A stretch of DNA of 64,000 bases, taken from Anaerolineae bacterium. Its GTDB lineage: Bacteria; Chloroflexota; Anaerolineae; Anaerolineales; E44-bin32. The first letter of the stretch is position 1. Each line of letters starts with the position of its first letter. The notes beneath the pieces are model-generated. The model was not told where the DNA came from. It saw only the letters and a program-made list of their open reading frames with translations, and did no database searches. Location: positions 44,093 through 108,092 of the forward strand of contig BTQZ01000004.1 in the NCBI GenBank assembly GCA_036986135.1. Direction: 5' to 3'. Positions 19,775 to 28,241 of this stretch are shown here, piece by piece. Both the position numbers and the translations under genes were made by a program.

Positions 19775-19914
19775 GTGGATGGTGTCTGCTTCTAAGCGGG
19801 GGTGCCCAAAAGGAGAGGATCCTCGGCTTTGCACCCCAGGTTCGGGTCAGTCTAACACCGGCACAAAGAGTGGTCAATTGTCAGACAACCCGCCGGGGGA
19901 TGCGCAAAGTCACT

Positions 19915-19926
19915 TGTGCTAGCACA
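19915..19926. promoter_or_regulatory. Perfect 12-bp palindrome, candidate GntR/HutC operator upstream of the ade2-gntR operon
   Basis: TGTGCTAGCACA, about 140 nt upstream of the 19774 start. It fits the general GntR half-site logic (GT...AC around a central TA). No second full copy seen in the locus. Confidence 0.3.
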
Positions 19927-20145
19927 GGACGGCGATGGTCGTCGGACTCATAACCAGGGACCTCTTAGCGGTGGGCAGAACATCGGATTTGTACGAGCTG
20001 GCGAAAGACTGCTCGTTGAGGAAGATCCGATCTTCCCGCTGCTCTGCGGCCGAAGTCACTGGCTGATCCAGCCTTGGGTAATCCGCTATCCTCGGTCAGA
20101 GATGCGTTGGGGCTACTGTAAGGTCGTAGTAGTCGAGCCGCACGA

Positions 20146-21021
20146 TTAGCGTGCGCGCTCGGCCGCGGTAAGAGTGTTCTGAAGCAGCGTGGCAATGGTC
20201 ATCGGACCGACACCTCCGGGCACCGGCGTGATCGCCTCAGCAACTTCAACCGTCTCGTCAAAGGCCACATCTCCCACCAACCGATAGCCGCGCTCGCGGC
20301 TGGGGTCGTCCACGCGATTGATCCCCACATCGATCACGTAGGCGCCGGGCTTGATCCAGTCCCCACGCACCATCTCGGCTCTGCCGATGGCAACGATCAG
20401 CACGTCCGCACTCCGGCAAACGCCCGGGAGGTCCTGCGTGTGCGAATGGCAGATGGTGACGGTTGCGTTCTCACGGACCAACAGCAGCGCGACCGGCATG
20501 CCAACGATGTTGGAGCGCCCTAGAACGACCGCGTTCGCCCCATCCAGGTCCGCGCCGGCATGTTTGAGCAGCGTGATGCATCCGGCTGGCGTCGCCGGTA
20601 CAAAGGCCGGCTCACGTCCCTTTTGAGCCAGTCTACCGATGTTGATCGGGTGGAACCCATCTACGTCTTTGTTGAGATCGATCTTGGCCAGCACCGATTC
20701 CTCATCCAGCCCTTCCGGAAGTGGGAGCTGAACCAGGATCCCGTGGACTCTGGGATCGGCATTGAGCTGCTCGACGAGCGCCTCCACTTCCTCCTGCGAG
20801 CTGTCGGCAGGAAGCTCATGGGCAAACGATTCGATTCCGACCTCTGCGCTCTTCTTGCGCTTCATGCGCACGTAGGTCTCCGAGGCCGGATCTTCGCCGA
20901 TTAAAACTGTCGCCAAACCGGGGGTTGGTCCCCCGGCGCTTTCGAGCTCATGCACTCCCTCTGCAACGCACGCACGAAGATCGGCCGCGATGGCCTTACC
21001 GTCAATGATTTTCGCAGACAT
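20146..21021 (-). CDS. folD: Bifunctional methylenetetrahydrofolate dehydrogenase / methenyl-THF cyclohydrolase
   Basis: 291 aa. IIDGKAIA...[14 protein letters not shown]...[10 protein letters not shown]...[13 protein letters not shown] are classical FolD motifs. Confidence 0.95.
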   Translation of the reverse strand: MSAKIIDGKAIAADLRACVAEGVHELESAGGPTPGLATVLIGEDPASETYVRMKRKKSAEVGIESFAHELPADSSQEEVEALVEQLNADPRVHGILVQLPLPEGLDEESVLAKIDLNKDVDGFHPINIGRLAQKGREPAFVPATPAGCITLLKHAGADLDGANAVVLGRSNIVGMPVALLLVRENATVTICHSHTQDLPGVCRSADVLIVAIGRAEMVRGDWIKPGAYVIDVGINRVDDPSRERGYRLVGDVAFDETVEVAEAITPVPGGVGPMTIATLLQNTLTAAERAR

Positions 21022-21030
21022 ATCCTTTAC

Positions 21031-23064
21031 CTAGGGTCTCCAGGCGGGGTCGAAATCCTCCGCCGGGTCTTCAGTGAGATGAGTGACGCTGGTGCAGTTG
21101 GTGCTCATGATGGCGATGTCGTGGTTGATGCCGTCCGGCCAGGTCTCGATCGCCAGCCAGCGATCATCGGGCGAGAAGTCTGGCTCCGCCATGGGTTGTC
21201 CGCTGTAGGGTGCCTGCTGACAGACCCGGAAATCGGGGATGCCGCGATCTTCAAATTGCGAGGCCACCAAGCGGGGAACTCCCGAAACACTCCGTTGGAA
21301 AACAACCAGCTGACCGTCGTGGGACCAAGCCGGATGCGTATCTTCCGTATCGCCAAAACCGAAACGCTGATCATTCTCGCCATTGTCGGACATAGACCAC
21401 AGTTGTGCATTGCCTTTTCGATACGAAACAAACAACAGAGCAGTTCCCTGAGGTGACCAAACGGGCTGCAGCTCACGGGCGAAATTGTTACTCAGGTTCT
21501 CGACCTCGGTACCATCCAGATTCGTGGAGTAGATTTGCGGTCGTCCGCCGCGCCCTGAGGCGAAAGCGATGCGCTCCCCCTCCGGGGACCAGGACGGATC
21601 ATAGTCCCCTCCAGGCGCAGTCTGAAGTGGTTGCGGCTGAAGATTTTCCATGTCGAGGATCCACAGTCCCGCGCCGGGATAGGTTTCCTGACTCCCCGCG
21701 CAGGGTGTGGTGAACACGAGCGCCTGGCCATCGGGAGCCCAGAACGGCTGACAGGCCCCATCGCGTAAGTTCGTGAGCGCTACCAACCCCGTGCCATCCA
21801 CGTTGACCAGGTAGATCTGGGGCACCCCATCCCTATCGGAGGCAAAAGCAATCTGGCCTATACCACCCCCGATCGGAGTCGGAAGCGGAGTGAGCGTCAG
21901 CACAGGGTCCACGGTCGGGAGCGGCGTTGCGGAAGGCAGCACGAGCGTAGGTGTGGCTGGGGGAAGAACCACCGCTATCTCCGTAGTCCCCTCAGGTTCG
22001 AGGGGGGTTGGAGTGGGCGAGACATCCGCCGCAGACAAACCGCCGAAGCCCTCAGGCAGGTTCGGCAGCGCGAAGACGGCCCCTACAACGACCATAGAAA
22101 CTACGAGCAGCGGGACCGCAATTCTGGGCCAGCGTGTAGGTTTGGTGTCTTCCAGGGCTACCCGGGTCGTCATATCCGCGAAGCCCGCCGTAATGGGCGT
22201 ACGGGCGGATCGCTCCAGGTATGGGAAGTCGCGCACCAGAGTAGATCCGCTCGCCCGCGCGGCCGCCCCGAGTGCAGAAGCGAACTCGACCATCGATTGA
22301 TAGCGCTCCTCCGGCCGAATCGCTAACGCCTTTTCGATTGCCCGGGCGAGCGCAGGCGTAACGCGCGGGCTGCGCTTGCGCAGCGGTGTGAGTTCCTCGC
22401 GCCCCATCGCCCGCTCGAGCGAGTCCTCAGGGATCTCGGCAGTAAGGCAGGCGTATATCGTGGCACCGGTCGCGTAAACGTCGGTTCGAGCATCCGTACC
22501 GCCGGTGCCGTACTGCTCAGGGGGCGAAAAGCCAGGCGTCATGGCCTTGGCCCCTGTCGTCGTTGTCCCGGATTCGTCCGCTACCTTGGCCAAGCCAAAG
22601 TCCACCAATATGGCCCGATTGTCAGGGGTTATCTTGATGTTGCCGGGTTTGACATCCCGGTGGAGGATGGGGTGGGGCTTGCGGCCGTGCAAGTAAGCCA
22701 GCGCGTCGCAGGTCTCCAGGAACCAAGGTACAGCCTCACCCTCCGATATGGCTCCCTTGCTCTCGATGCGCTCGCGCAGGTCCTTCCCCTCAATGAAGTC
22801 CATGACCAGATATTGCCCCTGGCCCGCGATGACAAAGTGATCCGTGACCCGCGGAAGATTCGGGTGCCGCAGGCTGGCCAGGATCCTGGCTTCACGCTCG
22901 AATTGTCGAGCGTACTCTTTGGTGGTGAAAAGATTTTCTTTGACGGCTACTAATACGTTGAGGTTCTTGTCCCTGGCCATGTACACCGCGCCCATGCCTC
23001 CCTGGCCAAGGATGCTTTCAATGTGGTACCGATCGTGAAGGGTCTCTCCGGCTTTTAGCGGCAT
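21031..23064 (-). CDS. Ser/Thr protein kinase with TM segment, Pro/Thr-rich linker and C-terminal TolB-like (PD40) beta-propeller
   Basis: 677 aa. GQGGMGAVY, HRDVKPGNI and DFGLAK kinase motifs, TM RIAVPLLVVSMVVVGAVFAL, then repeated ...P.WSPDG... PD40-like units. Confidence 0.9.
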   Translation of the reverse strand: MPLKAGETLHDRYHIESILGQGGMGAVYMARDKNLNVLVAVKENLFTTKEYARQFEREARILASLRHPNLPRVTDHFVIAGQGQYLVMDFIEGKDLRERIESKGAISEGEAVPWFLETCDALAYLHGRKPHPILHRDVKPGNIKITPDNRAILVDFGLAKVADESGTTTTGAKAMTPGFSPPEQYGTGGTDARTDVYATGATIYACLTAEIPEDSLERAMGREELTPLRKRSPRVTPALARAIEKALAIRPEERYQSMVEFASALGAAARASGSTLVRDFPYLERSARTPITAGFADMTTRVALEDTKPTRWPRIAVPLLVVSMVVVGAVFALPNLPEGFGGLSAADVSPTPTPLEPEGTTEIAVVLPPATPTLVLPSATPLPTVDPVLTLTPLPTPIGGGIGQIAFASDRDGVPQIYLVNVDGTGLVALTNLRDGACQPFWAPDGQALVFTTPCAGSQETYPGAGLWILDMENLQPQPLQTAPGGDYDPSWSPEGERIAFASGRGGRPQIYSTNLDGTEVENLSNNFARELQPVWSPQGTALLFVSYRKGNAQLWSMSDNGENDQRFGFGDTEDTHPAWSHDGQLVVFQRSVSGVPRLVASQFEDRGIPDFRVCQQAPYSGQPMAEPDFSPDDRWLAIETWPDGINHDIAIMSTNCTSVTHLTEDPAEDFDPAWRP

Positions 23065-23237
23065 GATGAAACGGCAGTCATTTTAGCAAATGGCGCACCA
23101 TATTGACTACCGCCCACCAAGTCCAGCCTTATCAGGAAATATTCTAGCGGGATGCGCGATCCGCGGGCGTAGGCCCTCTGAGTGAACCGGATTCCGGCGG
23201 AGCTTGATGCGCTGCGATATACTCCTGCGCTTAGGTG

Positions 23238-24152
23238 ATGGGTGTGCGGAGATCTCGCCTGATGATCCTTGGTGTATTCGGCCTGTCATTCGTCGTGACA
23301 GCCTGCTCGGCGGACGTCGTGAGCGCAGACCAGCCTACCACACCCCCAACCCTTTCGCCCTCCCCCTTGCCTGAAACTTCTGCGGTCGCGATCACTACGC
23401 CGATACCCAGCCTGCCTGCTGCACTGCCGCCAGACCCGAGTCCCACGACCTACGCCAGCGGACCGGAAATCATTGGCTACAGCGTAGCGGGAAGACCCTT
23501 GACCGTGTATCGGTATGGAGCAGGGCCCTCGCCGCGCCTCATCGTTGCAGGCATACACGGGGGCTATGAGTGGAACACGATCGCGCTGGCACACCAGCTC
23601 ATGAGCTATCTGCTTGTCCATCCGGACATCGTCCCGCCTGACGTCAGCCTCTACGTGCTTCCCGCCCTCAATCCCGATGGCCATGCCCGCTCACTCAGCT
23701 ATGCCGGTCGGGCCAACGAGAATGGTGTGGACCTAAATAGGAATTGGCCTTCGCGCTGGCAGGCGGACTGGCCAAAGACCGGCTGCTGGAATTACCTCCC
23801 CATACATGGCGGGACCGCCCCCTCATCCGAACCGGAGGTGGCGGCTTTGATGGATCTCATCCTCGACAAGGGAATAGAAGCGATCCTCAGCTACCACAGC
23901 GCGGCGCTCGGGATCTTCCCCGGCGGACATCCTCCCCTGCCAGAGTCGGTGGACCTTGCCAATGCGGTGGCCGAGGTCGCTCCATACCCTTATCCGCCCA
24001 TCAACGCGGGCTGTCTCTACACCGGACAATTCGCGGACTGGGCCGCAGAAGCGGGGATACCCGCGCTAGATGTCGAACTTACCAATCACAGGGACACCGA
24101 CCTGGAGATCAACTTGCGGGTGCTGGAGACCTTCCTGAACTGGAAACCTTAA
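23238..24152 (+). CDS. M14-family zinc carboxypeptidase, lipoprotein
   Basis: Lipobox FVVTAC. GIHGGYEWNT (HxxE zinc site), NPDG, VDLNRNW. The track starts at GTG 23235; an ATG is at 23238. Confidence 0.85.
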   Translation: MGVRRSRLMILGVFGLSFVVTACSADVVSADQPTTPPTLSPSPLPETSAVAITTPIPSLPAALPPDPSPTTYASGPEIIGYSVAGRPLTVYRYGAGPSPRLIVAGIHGGYEWNTIALAHQLMSYLLVHPDIVPPDVSLYVLPALNPDGHARSLSYAGRANENGVDLNRNWPSRWQADWPKTGCWNYLPIHGGTAPSSEPEVAALMDLILDKGIEAILSYHSAALGIFPGGHPPLPESVDLANAVAEVAPYPYPPINAGCLYTGQFADWAAEAGIPALDVELTNHRDTDLEINLRVLETFLNWKP

Positions 24153-24193
24153 GGGGCGCAGGCGGGCAGGGAAGCGCGGGTGCTGGGGAACTT

Positions 24194-24749
24194 CTACCCC
24201 TCCCGTACAAAGCCAGACTGAGTGGGTTTGAAATCGGGGAAGATCTGGTCGATGGATTCGTTGTTGAGGCGCGTCCTGCAGACTTCCGCTAGAACATCGC
24301 GATAGTCTGTGGTCACGGCCAGATCGCCCGGTCCGAAAAGCTGATCTCGCTCCAACCCAGGCCACCTGCCATGGATGGTATCCCCACCACATTGCCGCCC
24401 ATCAACAGCATGAGACCGCCGTGGCCATGATCGGTGCCCAGACTAGCGTTCTCTTTCACCCGTCGCCCGAATTCAGTCATGACGACGACGCTGAGTTTGG
24501 AGTGGTAATCCGCCAGGTCTTCGTGAAGCGCAGCCAGCCCTGCCGGGAGATCTGCTCCCGCTCTTCGATGGTGGGTCCGTATGTAAGTCGGCTGAGTACC
24601 CGATTGTCGAAGGCCGATATCGGACCCCACCCAGTAATCGAACGCGGAACTCCCGAGAGTTCCCGGTATAGTGGGGAGCAAGCGGAGAGGGCGGCCCCTC
24701 CGGCCACTAGGCCGGCTAGGCGAAGGAATTCGCGACGCTCGATCGCCAT
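24194..24749 (-). pseudogene. Remnant of a DUF1800/DUF1501 gene pair: N-terminus of DUF1800 joined to a frameshifted C-terminus of DUF1501
   Basis: 24477..24749 encodes a Tat-like signal (RREFLRLAG) and ...LSRLTYGPTIEEREQI..., the DUF1800 N-terminal signature. From about 24560 another frame reads ...LSVVVMTEFGRRVKENASLGTDHGHGG...GGNVVG (DUF1501 C-terminal core). After the C-run at 24382..24385 the conserved tail GDTIHGRWPGLERDQLFGPGDLAVTTDYRDVLAEV... continues in the third frame to the stop at 24194..24196. Confidence 0.6.
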
Positions 24750-24752
24750 GCC

Positions 24753-25292
24753 TCAGACTTGGCCGAGCGCGGGCTGGTCTTGCGCGGCCGCACCGTCTCG
24801 GGCGGCCTGGTCCTGCGTCATCCGACCCAACGCGGTAAATGCCGCCGCACCGAGCGAGCAAAGAGCGATGAGTGGAATGGCAAGGAACCAGCCGATCACG
24901 GGGAAGGCGGCCGCCAGTTCCAGCGCAACCGCTCCTCGCAGGAAGCCGGCCGCTTCAGAGGTGCTTTCCTTCGATCGGGGCAGCAGTCGCCTTCCCATCA
25001 TTGCAGCCATGCCGCTGGTCCCCAGGCTGGCAAGCGCCAACGCGCCTACGATCAGGACCGCTCCAAGGAAGTTAGCGGGACCCAGCGCAATCGAGAACAG
25101 GATTGCGGCGGTGAATCCGATCGGAAGTGCGAGCGCCGATCCGAGAGCCAGGCAGCGCCAGGGCGTGCCCTCGATGCGCGAGCTGGCCTTCCCGACGAAT
25201 CCGGGAAAAATCAACCACCAGGCGATCAACATGCCAGGGAAGATGATCCCTATAGCGAGCAGCGTTCCAAAGACCGCATTGACGTCGGCCAT
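24753..25292 (-). CDS. Polytopic membrane protein, paralogue of 25432..25899
   Basis: 179 aa, 4-5 hydrophobic segments, AAGGAG 8 nt upstream of the ATG. It shares ...G.RLLP.S....AA......A...PV/FVGWFL..P... with the upstream paralogue. Confidence 0.65.
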   Translation of the reverse strand: MADVNAVFGTLLAIGIIFPGMLIAWWLIFPGFVGKASSRIEGTPWRCLALGSALALPIGFTAAILFSIALGPANFLGAVLIVGALALASLGTSGMAAMMGRRLLPRSKESTSEAAGFLRGAVALELAAAFPVIGWFLAIPLIALCSLGAAAFTALGRMTQDQAARDGAAAQDQPALGQV

Positions 25293-25431
25293 GATTCAGA
25301 CTCCTTTCGCGGAATACGCGACTCGCATTCCGTCACGGTGTAATACAGGGGAATGGGATGGAATGTTGCAGTCGGTAGGATGCCGAAAATCAGATGCTGG
25401 CGCGCTCTTTGGAGTGCTGCTCGGCTGTGGG

Positions 25432-25899
25432 TTAGCTCGGGGGTCTTGTGAGCAGGCTGAGGATGAAAGCCCCTAGTCCGCGGAACGAGAGGTAGGGAAA
25501 GAGCAGGAACCAGCCGACGAAGGGGGTGAGGCTGGCCACGACCATGATGGCCGCGCCCCAGGCCGCCTGTCGGATCCCACTCGACTCCGGAAGAAGGCGC
25601 TCGCCGATCAAGGGCGCCATGCCGGCCAGCCCGAAGGCCAGACCACCCACTAGAACGGCGAAAATCAGGAGTGCAAGCAGCTGCAAGAACTCGCCGCCAT
25701 TGCTCAACGCAGCCACGATCACGGAGAGGAAAAGGACGTTGATCAGGCCAAGGAGAAACGACCGGCCCGGCATGGTAGAACCGGTCGACTTTACATCAGT
25801 AATTTGCCGGGGAAAGAGGACCCCCATTGCGACAAATAACGCAACCAGCGTCAAGGTCACCAGGGGAGCTAAGATTAGAAGCGTTAGAGCCTCGGGCAT
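25432..25899 (-). CDS. Polytopic membrane protein, paralogue of 24753..25292
   Basis: I trim the track ORF to the ATG at 25899 (MPEALTLLIL...). GGAGGG lies 7 nt upstream, and this ATG sits 2 nt after the anti-sigma stop. Confidence 0.7.
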   Translation of the reverse strand: MPEALTLLILAPLVTLTLVALFVAMGVLFPRQITDVKSTGSTMPGRSFLLGLINVLFLSVIVAALSNGGEFLQLLALLIFAVLVGGLAFGLAGMAPLIGERLLPESSGIRQAAWGAAIMVVASLTPFVGWFLLFPYLSFRGLGAFILSLLTRPPS

Positions 25900-25901
25900 T
25901 G

Positions 25902-26459
25902 TTATCCCTCCCGCCTTACGCGGCGTAGGACCAGCCCGTTCCCCAGCAGCCAGAGCGCGAGCGCGGCGGCAGCCACGGCCCACAATATCGAGGGGGATAC
26001 GAGCACGGTTCCGATCAAGTCTCCAAACCCGGCAACGTCAAGTTGTGGCGAATCGGGCACTTGGTTTAGAAAATCATTGAGAGTAGTCGAGATGGCTGCC
26101 GCGGCGAGCTCCAATTGCCCTATCAATCGTTCTGCGGCACCAGCCAGCCGAGACTGAAGCTCCCCACCACCGAGCCACAGTACCAATCCGGCGGTGAGAG
26201 CTGCGGCCGCCAGCAATTCACCAAACGCCAGCGAGGGGATGCGCGGCCGCACGGCAGCCAAGACCCCGGGGGCCAGATCGGTAGCGAGCGGTTCGGACGG
26301 CAGGCTTTCAATGGATAGGAAGAGGCTGCGCAATCTCGTCAGCTCGGCTGCACAGTCGGGGCAGACTTGAAGGTGGGCTTCGAGGTCGCGCACTTCCGGC
26401 TGAGCTAGTTCGCCATCCAGGTAGGCCTGGAGAGTTTCGTCGATCGAGTGCTCACTCAT
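25902..26459 (-). CDS. Anti-sigma factor, zf-HC2 (ZAS) type with TM segments
   Basis: 185 aa. H-x3-C-x2-C motif in EAHLQVCPDCAAEL. 8-nt overlap with the ECF sigma gene. Confidence 0.8.
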   Translation of the reverse strand: MSEHSIDETLQAYLDGELAQPEVRDLEAHLQVCPDCAAELTRLRSLFLSIESLPSEPLATDLAPGVLAAVRPRIPSLAFGELLAAAALTAGLVLWLGGGELQSRLAGAAERLIGQLELAAAAISTTLNDFLNQVPDSPQLDVAGFGDLIGTVLVSPSILWAVAAAALALWLLGNGLVLRRVRREG

Positions 26460-27000
26460 TGACGGAAAGCAGCGCTGCCAGCTTCCTTCGAGCTCTGTAC
26501 AGGTGACTCTTCACGTCGCTTATTGGTAGCTCAAGCGTCTCGGCGATTTCAGAATAGCTCATTTCTTGATAGTGCCGCAACTCGATCACTGCTCGGTAGT
26601 GCGGCGGCAGCTCAAGGATCGCATTGCGCACTTCCTCTGCGGCTTGCGCACCCTGCAGATAGGTCTCCGGCTCCTCCCGAGGGGCTGCCGGAGATTGGTC
26701 TCGCTCTTCATCAAATTCGAAGCTCTCGGGCTTCTGTCCTTGTATATGGTTTAGGCAGGCGTTGGTCGCCACCCGACGGATCCACGGACCGAAAGGTCGC
26801 TCGACATCGAAGGTCTCCAATCGGTCATAGGCACGTATGAAGGTTTCCTGCGCCAGGTCCTCAGCTTCCATTCGCTCGCCGAGCATTCGATAGCAGACGT
26901 TGAAGACCGACCGTTGATACCGTGCTACGATCTCCCCGAATGCTTCCACCTCGCCGCGCCGCGTGCGAAGCACCAGGTCACGGTCGGTGGGCTCGACCAT
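26452..27000 (-). CDS. ECF-type RNA polymerase sigma-70 family factor
   Basis: 182 aa. Region 2 (FGEIVARYQRSVFNVCYRML...DLAQETFIRAY) and region 4 (MSYSEIAETLELPISDVKSHLYRARRKL). Confidence 0.9.
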   Translation of the reverse strand: MVEPTDRDLVLRTRRGEVEAFGEIVARYQRSVFNVCYRMLGERMEAEDLAQETFIRAYDRLETFDVERPFGPWIRRVATNACLNHIQGQKPESFEFDEERDQSPAAPREEPETYLQGAQAAEEVRNAILELPPHYRAVIELRHYQEMSYSEIAETLELPISDVKSHLYRARRKLAALLSVNE

Positions 27001-27188
27001 GCCCCATAGGGTACTACAGTGCCCACCGTCCGAAGTCGCGCTACGGCGAGATTTTTTTGCCCAGGTTAATCATAGAATTAGGCTCATGCAGAACGGGTTA
27101 AGAACAATGTCAATTGACGATTGAGCCTTTGATTGGTACATTTTTCACTAACAAATCCTGTTTTATTAGCGGAGGAGTCACCTCGTAA

Positions 27189-28043
27189 ATGATAGCAGCA
27201 GCCTTAATTGGCTTGCGTGAGGGCCTGGAAGCCGCCCTGATTGTCGGAATCGTGCTGGGGTACCTGCGCAAGATAGGTTACTTGGAGGGACGGAGGTCCG
27301 TCTGGTTGGGGGTATTTGCAGCGGTTTTGGCCAGCCTGGGGCTGGGCTTCATCATCCAATTGCTGGGGCTGGGATTGGAAGGTCGGGCTGAGGTGATCTT
27401 TGAAGGCACCACCATGTTCTTGGCCGTCGGCGTACTGACCTGGATGATTTTCTGGATGCGTAACCAAGCGCGCCTCGTCAAGACCTCCCTCGAGCGGAAT
27501 GTTCAAGACGCAGTCAAGACTGGAACAAAATGGGGGGTCATACTCGTCGCCTTCATTGCGGTGTTCCGCGAAGGGGTCGAGACAGTGCTCTTTCTGTCTG
27601 CGGCCGCATTTGCGTCTGATGGCCAAGGGACACTGATCGGCGCCATTCTGGGACTTGCGACGGCGATCTTGATTGGAGCCCTGATCTATGCTTCAACCCC
27701 TCAGCTGAGCATCCGTCTCTTCTTCAACATCACCAGCGTGCTGTTGCTGCTATTTGCTGCCGGATTGCTGGCGCATGGGATCCAAGAGTTTCAGGGGGCG
27801 GGGCTCATTCCAACCGTCAACGCACATGTTTGGGACACCAACAATGTCTTGGACGAAAACTCCTCCCTGGGCCAGATGCTTTCAGCGGTATTTGGCTATA
27901 ACGGCAACCCCTCCTTAGAGGAGGTGGTTGCGTACTTCGGTTACTGGATCGCCGTACTGTTGGGTCTGCGCTTGTGGATGGATAGGCGTTTCGCGTCGAA
28001 GCTAGAGCAGGCCTCAGCTGTAACTTCCGAGCTCAAACAATAA
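27189..28043 (+). CDS. FTR1/EfeU-family high-affinity iron permease
   Basis: 284 aa, 7 TM. Two REGxE motifs (LREGLEAAL and FREGVETVL). Confidence 0.9.
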   Translation: MIAAALIGLREGLEAALIVGIVLGYLRKIGYLEGRRSVWLGVFAAVLASLGLGFIIQLLGLGLEGRAEVIFEGTTMFLAVGVLTWMIFWMRNQARLVKTSLERNVQDAVKTGTKWGVILVAFIAVFREGVETVLFLSAAAFASDGQGTLIGAILGLATAILIGALIYASTPQLSIRLFFNITSVLLLLFAAGLLAHGIQEFQGAGLIPTVNAHVWDTNNVLDENSSLGQMLSAVFGYNGNPSLEEVVAYFGYWIAVLLGLRLWMDRRFASKLEQASAVTSELKQ

Positions 28044-28050
28044 AGCTGGG

Positions 28051-28075
28051 GCTGTCTCAAAAGACAGCTTCATTC
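28051..28075 (+). terminator. Terminator-like hairpin just after the FTR1 gene
   Basis: GCTGTCT-CAAA-AGACAGC (28051..28068) followed by TTCATTCC. Confidence 0.4.
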
Positions 28076-28161
28076 CTTATTGGTGGGGAAAGCACTCCTT
28101 CATGACCCAGGAATCGCGGCCCCCATGGCACTAAGGTGCCGCCTTATCGCGAATAAATTGG

Positions 28162-28203
28162 GGGCTGTCCCTCAGATTTTGCCTCTTGGGACAGCCCTTT
28201 TTG
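28162..28203 (+). terminator. Strong intrinsic terminator candidate in the convergent gap
   Basis: 10-bp stem GGGCTGTCCC (28162..28171) / GGGACAGCCC (28188..28197), 16-nt loop, followed by TTTTTGTATTTT. Confidence 0.55.
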
Positions 28204-28241
28204 TATTTTCGCTGCACAGCGGTACTTCTCGGGGTGATCCT

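Noticed and set aside
27001-27188. AT-rich divergent intergenic region between the ECF sigma and FTR1 genes, inspected for a Fur or IdeR/DtxR box
   Set aside because: Only loose resemblances were found (AATCAT, repeated ATTGA), with no convincing 19-bp palindrome. I cannot support a specific operator call.
28047-28170. Shared GGGGCTGTC motif in the two hairpins downstream of the FTR1 gene
   Set aside because: Only two copies of 9 nt, and both are explained as terminator stems. There is no evidence for a repeat family within the window.
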